In this document: positions 48,613 to 61,761 of the stretch, piece by piece | How the letters are laid out: each line of letters begins with the position of its first letter | How positions within the stretch are numbered: the first letter of the stretch is position 1 | From: Balanoglossus misakiensis | Taxonomy: Eukaryota; Animalia; Hemichordata | Reading direction: 5' to 3' | Length of the DNA: 64,000 nt | Assembly (NCBI GenBank): GCA_040954595.2 | Contig: CM082583.2 | Coordinates: 8,976,254 to 9,040,253, forward strand | The notes under the pieces: generated by a model | Seen by the model: the letters and a program-made list of their open reading frames with translations, nothing else | Told to the model about the DNA's origin: nothing | The model's database searches: none | Position numbers and translations under genes: made by a program

Positions 48613-51600
48613 CTTATTAAAACCAGGGATTATTTTCATACAGAAATCCCTGCAATATGCTTCTAGTACACTCAGATCAAGGCCTTGGAATAGAGAACCT
48701 GTGGGCGAAATAATTTCATTTCATTTTTCTTTACCCATCATCCAGCGGGCACACATGTATCCCAGGATGAGACATCCACCGCTCCTGGGTAAGAGAGAAG
48801 CAATGAGAAGTAAAAAGTGCCTAGCTTTGAGCACATAACATTGTGACAAAGTACAGTCCAGGTCTCACGCGCACAGTCCTCTGATAATGAGTTCAGTAAT
48901 CTGGTCACTGGACCACAGTGCCTCCACCATGCAATAAGTAACGCAATAGACCGATGGAAATTCAATGCTTTCTAGAATTTTAGCAAATAAGATTCGCTCA
49001 GGTCAACCTGATGATGAAGTCCATATTCCTTTGAAACTGCTTTGCCAAAGAATGTCAGCTGCATATGAGAATGCGGACTTGCACTTGACTGCAGAACAAA
49101 CATTTGTTAGATTGTTGGTACAGTACCGGCAAGGTACAAGGACTAGTGATGGACCATTTACACAGACAACATTCTGCCCACCCCCGCCTTATATTCGCCC
49201 TGAAGAATGAACAGAAATTTATTCAAGAACAGAAAAAAGAGAGGTAATGATTAGTTAATGGCCATAGTCTCACTTTGATAAGTAGTGGCTTTTCAGAGCA
49301 TTCACCAAAACCAAATCAATTTACCTCTAGTGCATGTGAAATTACACTCAGATAAATGAGATATTTTGCTCAGTGAATAGCTGGATCCGATTAGAGGATA
49401 ATTGTGGCTGCTTTGGAATGCTGATTAAGCCTGGTGACGTTTTTTTTTTTTTCGTTTTTTGTTTGGGCGGGATTTTTAGTCTCTGTCCTCATTCCGATTA
49501 ATTGTGTTGCACTCACAGATATCAGCTTCCTGTGTCTTTTCGCCAATTTGCAAAAAAAATGGGGGGGGGGGGGATGTATGCAGATCTTGTCGGACGTTCG
49601 ATTAGTAGGCGGTCTTAACAGGCAGTGATGTGGCAAACACCAACCTGATGTCGCTTTTATTTTTTTGAGTTCATCTTCTCTACTCACCATCGACCCCTGC
49701 GCGTCTCCTGATGGTAAATACAGATTCAGTGCGGCTGAATTGTTCTATGTAATTTACTCTGATTTCCCTGACAGTGGAATCGAAATATGGTGTCGTAGAC
49801 TGACAGACGGTGCGCGCCGCATTGACGTCCAAGCCCCATTGGGCATCCGCGGCTGGATTGACAGTACTCTGCCCGTCAACACTCAATCCACAACAGATCT
49901 AAAATATGGCCCTCTATTCAGTGAATTATATGGAGGATTAGTTACCGAGATCTGGCATTTTTTATCTTTTTACTGCATTAGCATTTTTCAATTAACGACC
50001 TGCTATTTTTTTCCCCCCGCTGGCGACTTCTGAATAAGGTTTATTGCACACACCCATCATCCGTGATGATCTCGGATTAAGCCGAGAAAATTACTCTGAA
50101 ATCATGATTTGGGTAACATTACTCATCATGAAAGAGCTGAAAGACATACCATAAGTAGTCAGACAGCACTTCTCAACTGCCACTGTCAACATTTTGCAAG
50201 AATCCGTCGACAGGCATATTGAAATAAATATCCAAACAGCGTAATTTTTTTTATACTGATGAAATGTCAGACATCTGTATCGGACAATGATCTGAGGAAT
50301 TGAATGTCATATTGGAAATAAGCCATAGCATATCCAGGATGAAACTTTCGCCATTTTGTTTTCTTCAGAAAATGCTGCCTACTCGAAATGCAGACGGTAT
50401 TTATTCTTGTACAACCTGCTTATTCAGATTAGAAGAAGTCTTGGAGGGGAATTTATTGTTTGTATTCTTCATCTCGGTGCCTTTAATGGATTATATTTTC
50501 ATTAAACCTGTCAGCGTAAACTGTTGTTTTTATAGACTGGCTGCCACAGAGTCTGAGAGTCACTTTCATTGAAATACGTGCAAATGTGGAAAAAAATCAC
50601 ACCCTAAAATGGTTGTATATTCACATCACAGACACCCCCACCCCCACCCCACCTCAACCTCCATTCATAAGGTTTCCACAATGTGTCAAAAATAGTACAG
50701 TTTCTTTTATACCCCTTTTACCACCAAGGTTCAGGTTAATATAATAATATTCCACCCTCAAACTGTCGCAAACAGATACACACACCACACAATAGATGCA
50801 GTACACTGACTCAAGCTTCATCAGCTTTTCAGGAGGTAATTCACACCTTTAACAAGATAGACACACCACTGGCAGTGAATAATAACGCACCCTCGCCATT
50901 CAGTGCACACAATCATCATCAATCTTCAAATCAAATTCCAGATTTCAATATCCGCAATTTTAACAACAAGTTTGAGAAAAAATTTCTATGGTAAATACCC
51001 TTGAGTGTGCGGAGTGGCAACTATTGTTGGTCTTGGGGAATTTGTTCTTTCAAACGGACAAGGTTCCCCCTTTCTCTCAGTAAAAGCAACATCTAATTGG
51101 TCACTATCCCACTCCAAGTCGATCTTTTCTTTGAAGATCAATAAACACCTTAACTGTAGTAATACTCAGGTTGAATGACCAACCCCACCTCGCGATAATT
51201 AACCGTCTTCACCGTCGATAAAGCTCCTGATTATCGCCCTTTCTCCGACTCTAATCCCTTCACACATCGATGGCTATCGGAATTGCCCAGTCATTGTTTC
51301 AGATCGACTGATGGTATTTTTGTCTTATCCCTGCATTGTCCCGCCTGCTGTGTATCAGTGTGAAGAAAGGGAGCAAGACTCCTGAAGTAATAGCCCCAGC
51401 AGGTCCAACCAGGCGTAAAAAATCCCCAAATTTGCAAGTGTAGGAACGGGCAAGGCTAATGTACAATCCCATGGCCACTGTGGCAATCTACTTGACATGT
51501 ACTTCTGTGCAAAGGAGGGAAAAAGTTTCAATGGCAAAATGTTTCTGTTATGAGTCTGAATTGAAAACTACTAGCATTATGTTTTCAAACCGTCCTCGCT

Positions 51601-53357
51601 GGTGCACTAACTCTGCCCTTATCCGTTGCCGTGAGGACATTGCCGATATCCCCCAAGTGGTTGCTATGGTGACGATGTGAGTTTCAGCCCTTGGGCGGTT
51701 GCTATTTGCACAGATACTTCTAAAGCAAATGTTTTCTGTCACCTACATGTTTTCTTCCGCCCTTGACATATTGAGTCAGGTGCTTGAACAGACCTGTGGC
51801 AATCTGTATATAGAAATTGCCACTCTGTTTTATATACCCTCTGAAAATAGTCTGTGAAAAATGCCTTGTGGGGATCTATGAACTGATATGTGTGCAGGAC
51901 TAAGTTTGCAAGTTAAAAAAAATATGGGTTTAACCAAAATATATAAGAAAAAGTGGGAGGCAATTAACACAACTGACCATGTTGGCTGACAGGAGAGTGT
52001 TATATTAAATGGGTTGATCAGTGTCATTTTGCACCAATGTGCTCTACTTTGGAGAAATAACCAAAAAAAATGTGGCATGCTGGGTAGGAATGCTTGACAG
52101 AGACAAAACAAGATGTCACCAAAACTTTCTAGGTAGCTGGAATTTTCTTAATATCGCAGTTATTTGTTACAAAGACAGCATAATTTGACCGCATTCGGGA
52201 CGTAGCTGACTACAGAATGGTCGAAAAGTATGATTAGATGTCAGTAGATTGTTAAAATAAACAAAGGAGCATGTCCAACAGAAAAGCAATTGTGCTAAAA
52301 GCCTGGTGCAAATAATGATGTTTCCAGCGGTCTGTTTCAAAAAGAAATAGGTGTCCTCAAGGAGAAGCTTGTACGGCCCGCAGCTGTTCATCTTCCCTTC
52401 TCCCCCCATCCTCCCGTTCCCTTCCGGACCCAGAAGTATCAATCCCCAATAAATACGGTCACTCCAGACATCATTTGATCCACATTTTGCAGAAGCACTC
52501 TCCAAATTTCCCTTGAAACCTAGTTCTCTCTCGTTCCCCCCACGCCCATACCTCCGAGCGGATAAATCAAGATGTTTGATATGCATGGAATGATGGGATT
52601 GCAAGTCCGTGGAGAGAGCCCACCGATGAACCTTTATCTAATTGAAAACGGGATCGCCGTGCTTTCAGAGAAAATGAAAAATTGAATGTGTCACTTGTAA
52701 GCCCGATAATCCCCGGGATTAATTTACTCACGTTGGTGAATCTAAAAGCAGTCTGTTTTGTCGAGATTATTAATATCATGTTAACTCCCACTGTATACTA
52801 TTTCCTGCTTAGAGCTATAAGAGGCATTTTTATCCGCCGGAGTCTGGCGTGTTTCAGGATTTTGCGCATTGGCGAATGATTTTTTTTTTTTTTGCCCCAA
52901 CTTCCTCCAACCAGTCTGACCCATCGGAGTCACTAATCGTCTTTCCCAACCGCTAGGCGTCTCCGATATTAATTCTTCTAATGGGGGAAGCCTTGTTAAA
53001 GCTTCTCTAGCCTGCAAGCCATTCAGCTAATCTGTGCCGAACTCGAAGAAAAAATATATACGGCATAAAGAAGAGGTATTTGGGGGTTTGCACAAGATGT
53101 GACAGAAAACAACAGAGTGGTTAGACCATTCCATTTATTTCTCACTAAATAATGCAAGTACTGTGAGTACTGAATTATTCAACTGTGGCAGTGACTTTGC
53201 AATATCCTGAATGAAGTGTATTTACGTTGAGTTTATTTGTACACTATGTAGCTGAACTATGTTTTTTTTAAACTCCATATCTGGAATTTTTGACGATTTT
53301 TTCTCTATTTTTATTTTGTGTATCTTTCTTGTTCATCTCTCTACCGAAAAAGTTATG

Positions 53358-53610
53358 CCTAGTGTTTATCTTCTCACTATAGTCCCGTTGGTGCATAATC
53401 GGCATTGTTATTGTTAAAAATTGTACTCAAGCCCAGACATGAATCTTATCCAGTTTTTCAACAGTAGCAATGCTCCATGCAAATATGCATAAATGCAGAG
53501 GTGACAAGAAACAGCAGTTTTTGAAATATGAAGTTCTGGATCCGTGAATTGTTTCAAATGGCATTTTCGCAATCCTGGATAAACTTTCAGGATGACATAA
53601 AAAATGAACA
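53358..53610 (-). mobile_element. HINE-like remnant, 3' end on the minus strand
   Basis: The minus strand reads cgggactat followed by hairpin agtg-agaagataaa-cact, the same end architecture as 16385-16410. The right boundary is uncertain. Confidence 0.45.
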
Positions 53611-56600
53611 CGTTCTGGGTTATGTTACCCCATCAAGGATGGGTTGTCTCGAGGACGCGTGGAGGTAGCGATGAATTGAGACATCTAAACTTTAAGCCGG
53701 CATCCAGCCTGAAGTTAGATGGGATCAGATTTCAGGCTCTGGCAACTGAAACTGTCTTTGCCTCACCACTTCTGCAGTTTTTTGCGTGTAGCTTAGAACT
53801 CAAATCGGCTTATGGGAAAGCGGATACGCTCGACAGTTTGCCAGGCATTTGGCTGACAGGCAAGATGAGACCACTAGTCTGGGATCAGATGCATTGGAAA
53901 GATAATCAGATAAATCATGGAAAGTTTACAGCAGGTTTCGGTTCATGCTGTTGACAGATCACCAATCATCCACGACTGTCAGGTTTTTTTTTAAAACAGC
54001 GAATTTTTTTCTAATACATGTATGTACAATTCTCCCATCAATTTTTAATCCAGCTTGTAACTATTCTGGAGTTCTGAAATCCAAAATGAGCACAAACTGG
54101 AAAATAAAATAAGCAGCTTTTTTTATTTGTTGACAAACTGCTATTTATTCTCCTATCTGTGAGCTCTCATTTCAGACACGCATATTTAAACCGTTAATTA
54201 GATAATAAATTAAGTAAAGAAATCAATTAATAAACCAACAAAATCAATATGCAAACAGGTTTGTTTGATAATCAAGAGCAACGGTCAATCAAATGTCAAT
54301 TCTGTGGTAAAAAGTGTGGAAATAATGAAATTTGTTATTGATTTAAATAATAGTCTTTTAAAACAGTCTTTTAAAATGAAAGCTTTTAAGTGTGTGCTTC
54401 ATTGGCTGAGCCTTCATTTACTTCAATTACACTGAGTAAACATTTTCAAATGGATGATTTTTTTTTCTAGTCTGTCATATTTTCAGGTCAGTAAATGTAA
54501 CATTACAATGCAGGAAATAATATCCATCGTGTCTCCCGGTGTTTGAATCTGATTTTAGTCTCTATGCACGTATGATATCAGTGAGATACACTGGCCGTGT
54601 TCCAGGTATTTGGCTTCTCTGAATTCTTTGACATTTCCAGAGAGTGTGTAAGTGTCAAGCTGATTTCGTGGCAGGAGTTGTCTAATGTCAAAGCCTGTTC
54701 AACCCGGCTTATTTTGTACCTTTTCAGAGCCACACAATGAGCCTTTCGACGGCCCGCATTTTCATCTGTGACCAAACCCCCCATCATTCAGATCTCTGAA
54801 GAAATCCGACCAATCTTATCCAAAGGATAATTGGCCACTTGAACAAGCAAAGGATCAACTATCCTCCCCTTTGATTTACTCCCCGTTGCCATGGTGACCG
54901 TTCAGCCAGAGAGCAGGCACCCGAGGTTCATTAATAATTGAAGTGGCCGTGGATAGGTGCCCGCCCAGCTGTGTTGTGGCTGCCACTTGAAGCCATTGTG
55001 AAAGGGTACAACAAGAGAATGGCAAGGTGATCCGCATTCATTATCGCAGCAGACGTCAGTGGACAATTATCTTGAAATAGACCTCTTCACCAGATCTTCA
55101 TTTCTATGGGGGGGGGGGGGAGAAAGGAGCCAGCAGGTTTTATGAGTATAGCATGAGCAACCCCAGCACAAGGCCATCGCACACCTTGTTTTGATTTATA
55201 TGTGTGGTCGCCGTATTTTCCCTCCTTCTTGTTTTTTTCCTGTTTCTAGTCAATGCAACCGTTCAAGTGGACAAGTCGGCCAACCAGTTTGTGGCATAAC
55301 TGGAACGCTCTTTTGTTTAACGGATATGCTGATGACCCTTGCCATCCTGGATACCGAAACCCGCTAAAATTGGTCTGAATTTTTTGCCATTCCCCGGCAA
55401 CCGGCTATTGATTATTGCACATTTTCGGTGTGTGGTTATTTTTGTGTTTGGCCAAACTTCCTGTGGTAGTCCTCCTTCACATCACACCGCCCAAGTTGTT
55501 CACAGCCACCATTAATGGCCGATACTTGACACCTACTGTGCAGTACCTGACAGTCTCAATCAGAGAACAATTCACACCCACCCAGGGTGCCTAATTAGAC
55601 CCCCAAGCAACTTTTTGGGGGCTGAGCATTAATTAAGTATTCAAATCAACTAATTGTTGGGCTTGATTGCAAAAATAGACACCGCATGTGTTTAATTTTC
55701 GCTGGTGTCCTGTAAAGGAGATGTCTTGGAGTGAAGCCACACAAAGCAGTCAATGCAGTGGCACCCTGTGTTTGCAGCGAGATCTCATGCCCTTTTGTTT
55801 GGCCTGGCTCTTGTCTCTCCACTGCTAATAAGTTGTGTGTTAAAGAGATAAAAGCTAGCCCAGGGGTTGGGCCCAGACTTGTTTAGTTTGCAATTTCCAC
55901 CTACAACTGCTTTATTCACGCACCACAGCAAACATTTACCTCAACATCTCAAAAGGTGCGAAACAACTGCTGCTGTGTGTTTGTCAGGTGGGCTAGGGCA
56001 GCTGAGGTGCGACAAACCAGAGTCACCTAGCTCACTTGAGATTTCGAAGAAGAAAAAACAGAGAGCGACTGAGATCAAATATTTGTTGTAGTAGGAATGA
56101 CAGACACTTGGTGGAGGTCCTGTCTGCATGGCGAAAACATGGAAATGCACTCATACCTACACGTGACTCCTGATTTCATTTTCCCTCAATTTGTTCAATG
56201 ATAATTGGTTGCTTTTCAGAGACGTTTCTGTAAATATATGGAGGTGACGTGATGACCACCACACTCACAAATATAAAATCAGTACTGCCCTGTGTAATTG
56301 TTAACTGGAGGGGGGAATAAAGTGTAAATAAATAAATATTCATGGTTCCATGGCGTAATTTATATATATATACTCCACATATATAAATAAAACTGTACAG
56401 CCCAATTCTGTACATTTGCCCAATTAATAAAATAACTCTATCCGTTGCCTTTCAGCAGGCCTTGTGTCTGATCAGAGTTTTAATACTATTACGCGTAACA
56501 GCTATTTCCCACTAGGTAGGCAAATCTCTGACTATTAGCTCTGTATATATTCACACACACGTCGACTTCCCCGACAACTATAGAAATACAGCCGTGATCA

Positions 56601-59600
56601 GATTAGCGTAGTAGATTGTTGGGCTTTCATATTATATTCCTCTTCCTCTTGCCGTAATCTGGCCTGGATTCCCCGGGGACCCCGCTATTAAATTTGCGGA
56701 GCTCTATTTTGTCAAGCGTGTGGATGTGACTGAATAAACTGCTGCTGATGACTCCCCCCTACATTTAATTATACAGTATTTTTTTATTTGATGAGCACTC
56801 GGTGCGTCTAAGGATCTGTTTCCATCAGCCTGTGTATACAAATCAAGTCTTGCACCTAACTTGTAAACGTAGTGTAATGTTATTCAGTGGCTCAGATGTT
56901 GTTTGCAAGGATTGATCCGTTTTTTCATGTCGCTTAAGCAGTTCTTTTTTTTTTCTTTGTCAGGTGATGGCCTCTATATTTGAAAGTTGCATTCGACTAC
57001 CCCCCCCCCCCCTCAAATGTTAACCCTTGCCGACTGAGCTCCTCTGTTGCATGAATAAGAACACCTCCCACCCCTCCCCCTCCCTCTCTTCATTCTCGCC
57101 CCGGCCCCCGTCTCAGTGAAATGGAACCGTCCAAGCAAATGTAACAAAGTAGTATCCGTGGTACTAGTGATGTTAGAGGACAGGTTGTTCTCAATTGGTC
57201 GGATTGTTTAACAGCAGACAAGTTACAATATGCGGTAGTGGCTGAGAAGCCAGTAATGTGCGGGGGTCTAAGCACAATATCCATTACAAAGTACTGCGGG
57301 GCCTCCCTAGCAATTAGGAAATGGAGGACTCCCTAGCTTGCTGCCAATAAAACCCAACATCAACTCTGAACTTAAAAAAATATAAATGTAACGGTTAACA
57401 CTTTCGAACAGATTCCCTGGCAGCTGTGACGTGCGATACTTTTTTTTAAATGTCAGTTTTTCATGCTCGGCAAAAACGTAATGAAAGACATCAAAAGACG
57501 CTTGTGTCATTCCACAGTCCTGATTACTTTCAATAAAAGGAAATATGACACTCAGCATATGTGTAAATATTGCCCCCAAAAATACAACATAAACACAGCA
57601 ACCAACCAAATGATGTTTTGTTTTCAGTTTTGCGAGGTTTGTTTAGTCGTTGCATCTGTGAGTGGTGGAACCATTGCTTTGTTGGGATTGCAGTCTAGAG
57701 CTGTTAGTGAAACTGACAATATTTTTAGTATGAGGCAAACTTAGAACGAATATGGTAGTCTCGATTTTGCAGTGGGGGGGGGGAGAGCTTTTCCATTTCC
57801 ATATAGTGTTTCTCAGTTGTACATCCATCTCTGCAGGAAATACACTGGACACACTGCAATTTAACATCAATGCCCCCAGGACACAGAATCATTAAATTAA
57901 TTTCTTGACTGCCTCGGTAGGGCTACATATTCTTTTTCATTTAGTTGCTCATGACATAACAACCAGTGATGAATTAATTGCAAAAGTATCGGAGAATAAT
58001 TTCATTGCCTGTTCCCAGAGAGAGAAAAAAAGAGATCCTTTGATGGGGGGGGGGTCGTTGAATGGACTGAAAGTAATTAGATTTTCAGACCGAACCACTC
58101 TGATTGGTAATGTTATTTGTGCCAATTGATACAACCCATGTTTTTATCTCTCTTTTTGATTTCATGCGGTTGACTATAATTGTTTTTTTTTTATTGTGGA
58201 CCACAAAGTTTCATTGATCCCAATCAGAGTTCGACTTCGCGATTACATTTCCACAGTACGGTTTAGGCTCATGAGCAATTGGTCTTCCAAAATAGCTTTT
58301 GAGAAATTTACTCAAAATTACACTCATTTTTTTTTAATTTTTCACTCACTCCTTCGGGAGAGTTATCCTCTTGTATCTAATTACTAATGACGTAATCTGC
58401 GAGGTTCATTTCTTGAAAGAATTAATGAAGGCAGATGAAATGTCGGTAACTATATCCATTCAACCTTCTCTGCATAGGTGTATCCACTAACTCATTTATA
58501 TCATTGATGTAATGAAACCAATGCTCTTATGTTCGAAAGTTGAATATGTTTTGAAAAAAAAAATTTCCTTTGGTTTGGTCAAACTTTTATCCTAGTATGG
58601 CAATTCCTGACTCCCCGTCCCTCCTCCCTTAAAGAATATTTGTTCAAAAAACAATGGTGTACATAGTCTTAAAAGCATATGGTCGAAAATTTAAAAATAA
58701 TATTTTGCGGTGGAATTGATATAAGGCATTTGAGGAGGAGGGTGGGATGGGAAAAACTTTAATTAAATACAAAGTATGGCTGGTTATTTCTGCCAGGTAT
58801 TGTTCTTATCTTAACCCCCATTCCTGTGGAGATTTACAGGACCTTTTCTGAGTTCAGGAATACCAGAGTGTGACCCATGTGTATTGGGTGATGACCTCTG
58901 ACCTGTGAAGATATTCATTTTTTTTTTCGCAAGACCAAATTGCAGCTTCTTAAGGGGACCTCCTTCCTACCAACATTATGGTCATATTCCCCCCCCCCCC
59001 CCTCCATTTAATGTTGCAGTCTCCCATATTGAGACAACTGAAGACTACTAAATGAATAAACGGCCGTTGCCATGGTTTTTTTGTCCATTCTTTATGATTC
59101 CCCACTGCCAGACACCATGTGTGTGGGCTGTGTCTCCGCCCAGCCCTAATTAAATCAGTTTGATCTATGACAGAGAAAAAAATGTGATTATTCCAACAGC
59201 CAGGAAAATGAAGTGGAAATACTAAAAGAAAATGATTTATTGCATGATTAAAGTTATAATAAATACCGTCTAGTAGTAAATCTATTATTTTGATTTGAAT
59301 GATGGGTTCTTTGCCTGATGCGTTTTAGATGGGAATGCCGCAATTTTTAAAAGAAACTGGAGAACTATAAATTACTAAAGATCAAATTAAAAATCTATCA
59401 ACCTGCCAACAATGGATACAAATCGTCCGCTTTTAAATTTTGATTGACATGAAAAAATAATTTCCATTAGGTACCTGCCGTAGACTGCCAGATGATCTTG
59501 CATGTTTTAGTAACACTAAACGACAGCGCAAACAAAAGACTGAGACAAGGTGAGCATGAAGCTGCCATAACCCCTTGGTTTTTGTCGGCGCAGTGGAACC

Positions 59601-61747
59601 CTATTTCCATAGTGTTTAATTCATTTGTCACTTTTCGGGGCGTTTTTTTGTTAAATACTTTTTTCGTGTTTTTTTTCTTCTTCTTCTTCTACACAGACAA
59701 TGATTATGTCAGACTGGATGGATGTAGAGGGGTCAGCCAACCCCAGGGGCAGTAATTGAATTAGCCATGCCACTGAAATCATCTGACGACTAATGTAAGC
59801 CTGACAAAAAGCTGCCCGGTTGGGCGCCAAACTCGGTTAATGCAAAACAAAAAATGAATGGCGAAGAGAGAGAAATTGCTTGGCCTCCCCCGCTGTGTCT
59901 CACTTTTGTAGTGTGGCTTAATGTTTGCCACGACTTCCTGCGGAGCCCCGGCGATACAGACTCACTCCTGCCGCTGACAAGCCATTAATAAAAACTGTCC
60001 TAATTGACATGAATATTGAAATTAAAATCATTGATTTCATAACAAGAACATTAGAATTAACGTCCCGATGGGAAGCCAGGGACCCAAGCTGTTTTTCTCA
60101 GGGAATTGCAGGGGTTGGCGCGCGGCAGGGGTGTGAGCGATGATGATTGGAAAAACACGGCACATCCAATCTCAGAGTCAAAGTTAGCCGATGCGGGAAA
60201 CCTTTTCATGTTTTAATCAGTTTTGCACACGTTGATAAATGTTTCAAAAGTAGACTGAAAATATTGGTATTGAGTATGCCTTAAAATTAGAGTGCACCTA
60301 ATTGTGAATATTTTTATTTAGTGGTGAACTGCTTTTTGAATTTCATTCACTGCAATCCAACGAGATTCTGTGGTATGTTTTGCTGTGATCAAATTTGGTA
60401 TTAGTCACAAAAGTGTATTAATATGTAGATAGAAATTCCACAATGAATAATTACATTAAATTTTCTTGCATGTCAGTAAAATGTGAAGGATGTATTTGCC
60501 ATCCACATCATTATCACATCAACAGTTCAATTCAATCATTTTTAAACGAATGACTGACTGCCCCTCCCTACCTGACACACACCCCCTCTTAATAAATGTA
60601 ACAGTTCAAACCCAACAACTCTTAAAAACAAAAACATTGATTAAAATATTTTAATCTTGTCATTGTCCTGCAGAGAATGGGAGACGTACACCCTGGTACA
60701 ATGGTGGAGATTTACAAAAAGAAGATAAATACACCTGGACTGCTGATTGATCCAGTAGGTGCGTCATCCGGATTTGACCCGTAAGCAAACAAAAAAAACT
60801 AAAGCCAACTATTCACTGGCGATAAGAGCCTGGAAAAAAATGTGCCTGTATGCAGGGAATCAAGTGAACAACAGACAATGGAGCTCTCTGCCCAGCCGTG
60901 TATTTGTGCAGGATTGCATAAAATGGGGGAGGAGGGAGGGCTGAAGGGGAGACCATTAATGGACCGGTTGCTATAGATTCTGTGGGTCGGTTCTAATTGT
61001 AATCGTATAATCACAAGTGTCAAACGTAATCCATCTTAGATGCCATGTCGCATCAAGATGAGAAAGAACATATCCGCGACCTGTCCCGACCCAGACAATT
61101 TACAATGTTGCACTTACTGAAGTAAATCATTTTCAGTATGTAAATCTCTCAACCCCCAGGACAAATTTGCCTAGGTGATAATCATAATTAAAATAAACAA
61201 TTGAGATGGGGGATAATTTGCGCAGGATAATGAAATGTGTCAACTCAAAGTTAATTGACTGCTGGCTGCAGTGATGTAATAGAAGTTTAACCGTTAAATG
61301 TTAATGTGGGTGTCTGGATCACTATTGGTTGGAACAGAGATTATCTGTTTATTTGGTCAGGCACCAGTTAACCAATCGAACACCTCCATTCTACACACAG
61401 AATTCATTTTTCCATGTAAACAATTTTTTTAAATGGTCTATGCTCAACATTGTCACCATCTAAATTTTCAGAAATTTGAAAAGCAAATTAGATGTAAAGT
61501 GAGAAATGCGTGCAGACTACAGAAAGTTGTTTCTATCATTTTGGCGGGAAACTCATGTCATCACAAGGTTCCAGTCTGTTGGCTTCAGCTGCAGAAGGAG
61601 AATGTGAACTTAAAAATGCATGACGGTCAAGTTAATGATAGGGAGTAAATCAGGATCATAAATAAAACAAGGTGTCAAATATGAATTTTAAATCAGCCAT
61701 AAAAAGCACAGAGGTCAACTGTGAAAAAGAGACATCCTTTGTGAGCG

Positions 61748-61761
61748 GTTGCCATGGAAAC
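61748..61761. promoter_or_regulatory. Consensus RFX X-box gttgccatggaaac
   Basis: Exact match to the X-box consensus; identical 14-mer at 28811-28824. Confidence 0.5.

Noticed and set aside
29655-53880. Seed-length matches to miR-34 (near 29655), miR-2 (near 35043), miR-29 (near 45933), miR-71 (near 50139) and miR-31 (near 53858)
   Set aside because: Matches are only about 9-11 nt, diverge from the mature sequences, and lack precursor hairpins.
26075-53954. Longer ORFs in the desert (26075-26494, 40482-40928, 49665-50033, 52167-52604, 53604-53954)
   Set aside because: No recognisable domains and no consistent splice signals. Their lengths are compatible with chance in 64 kb.
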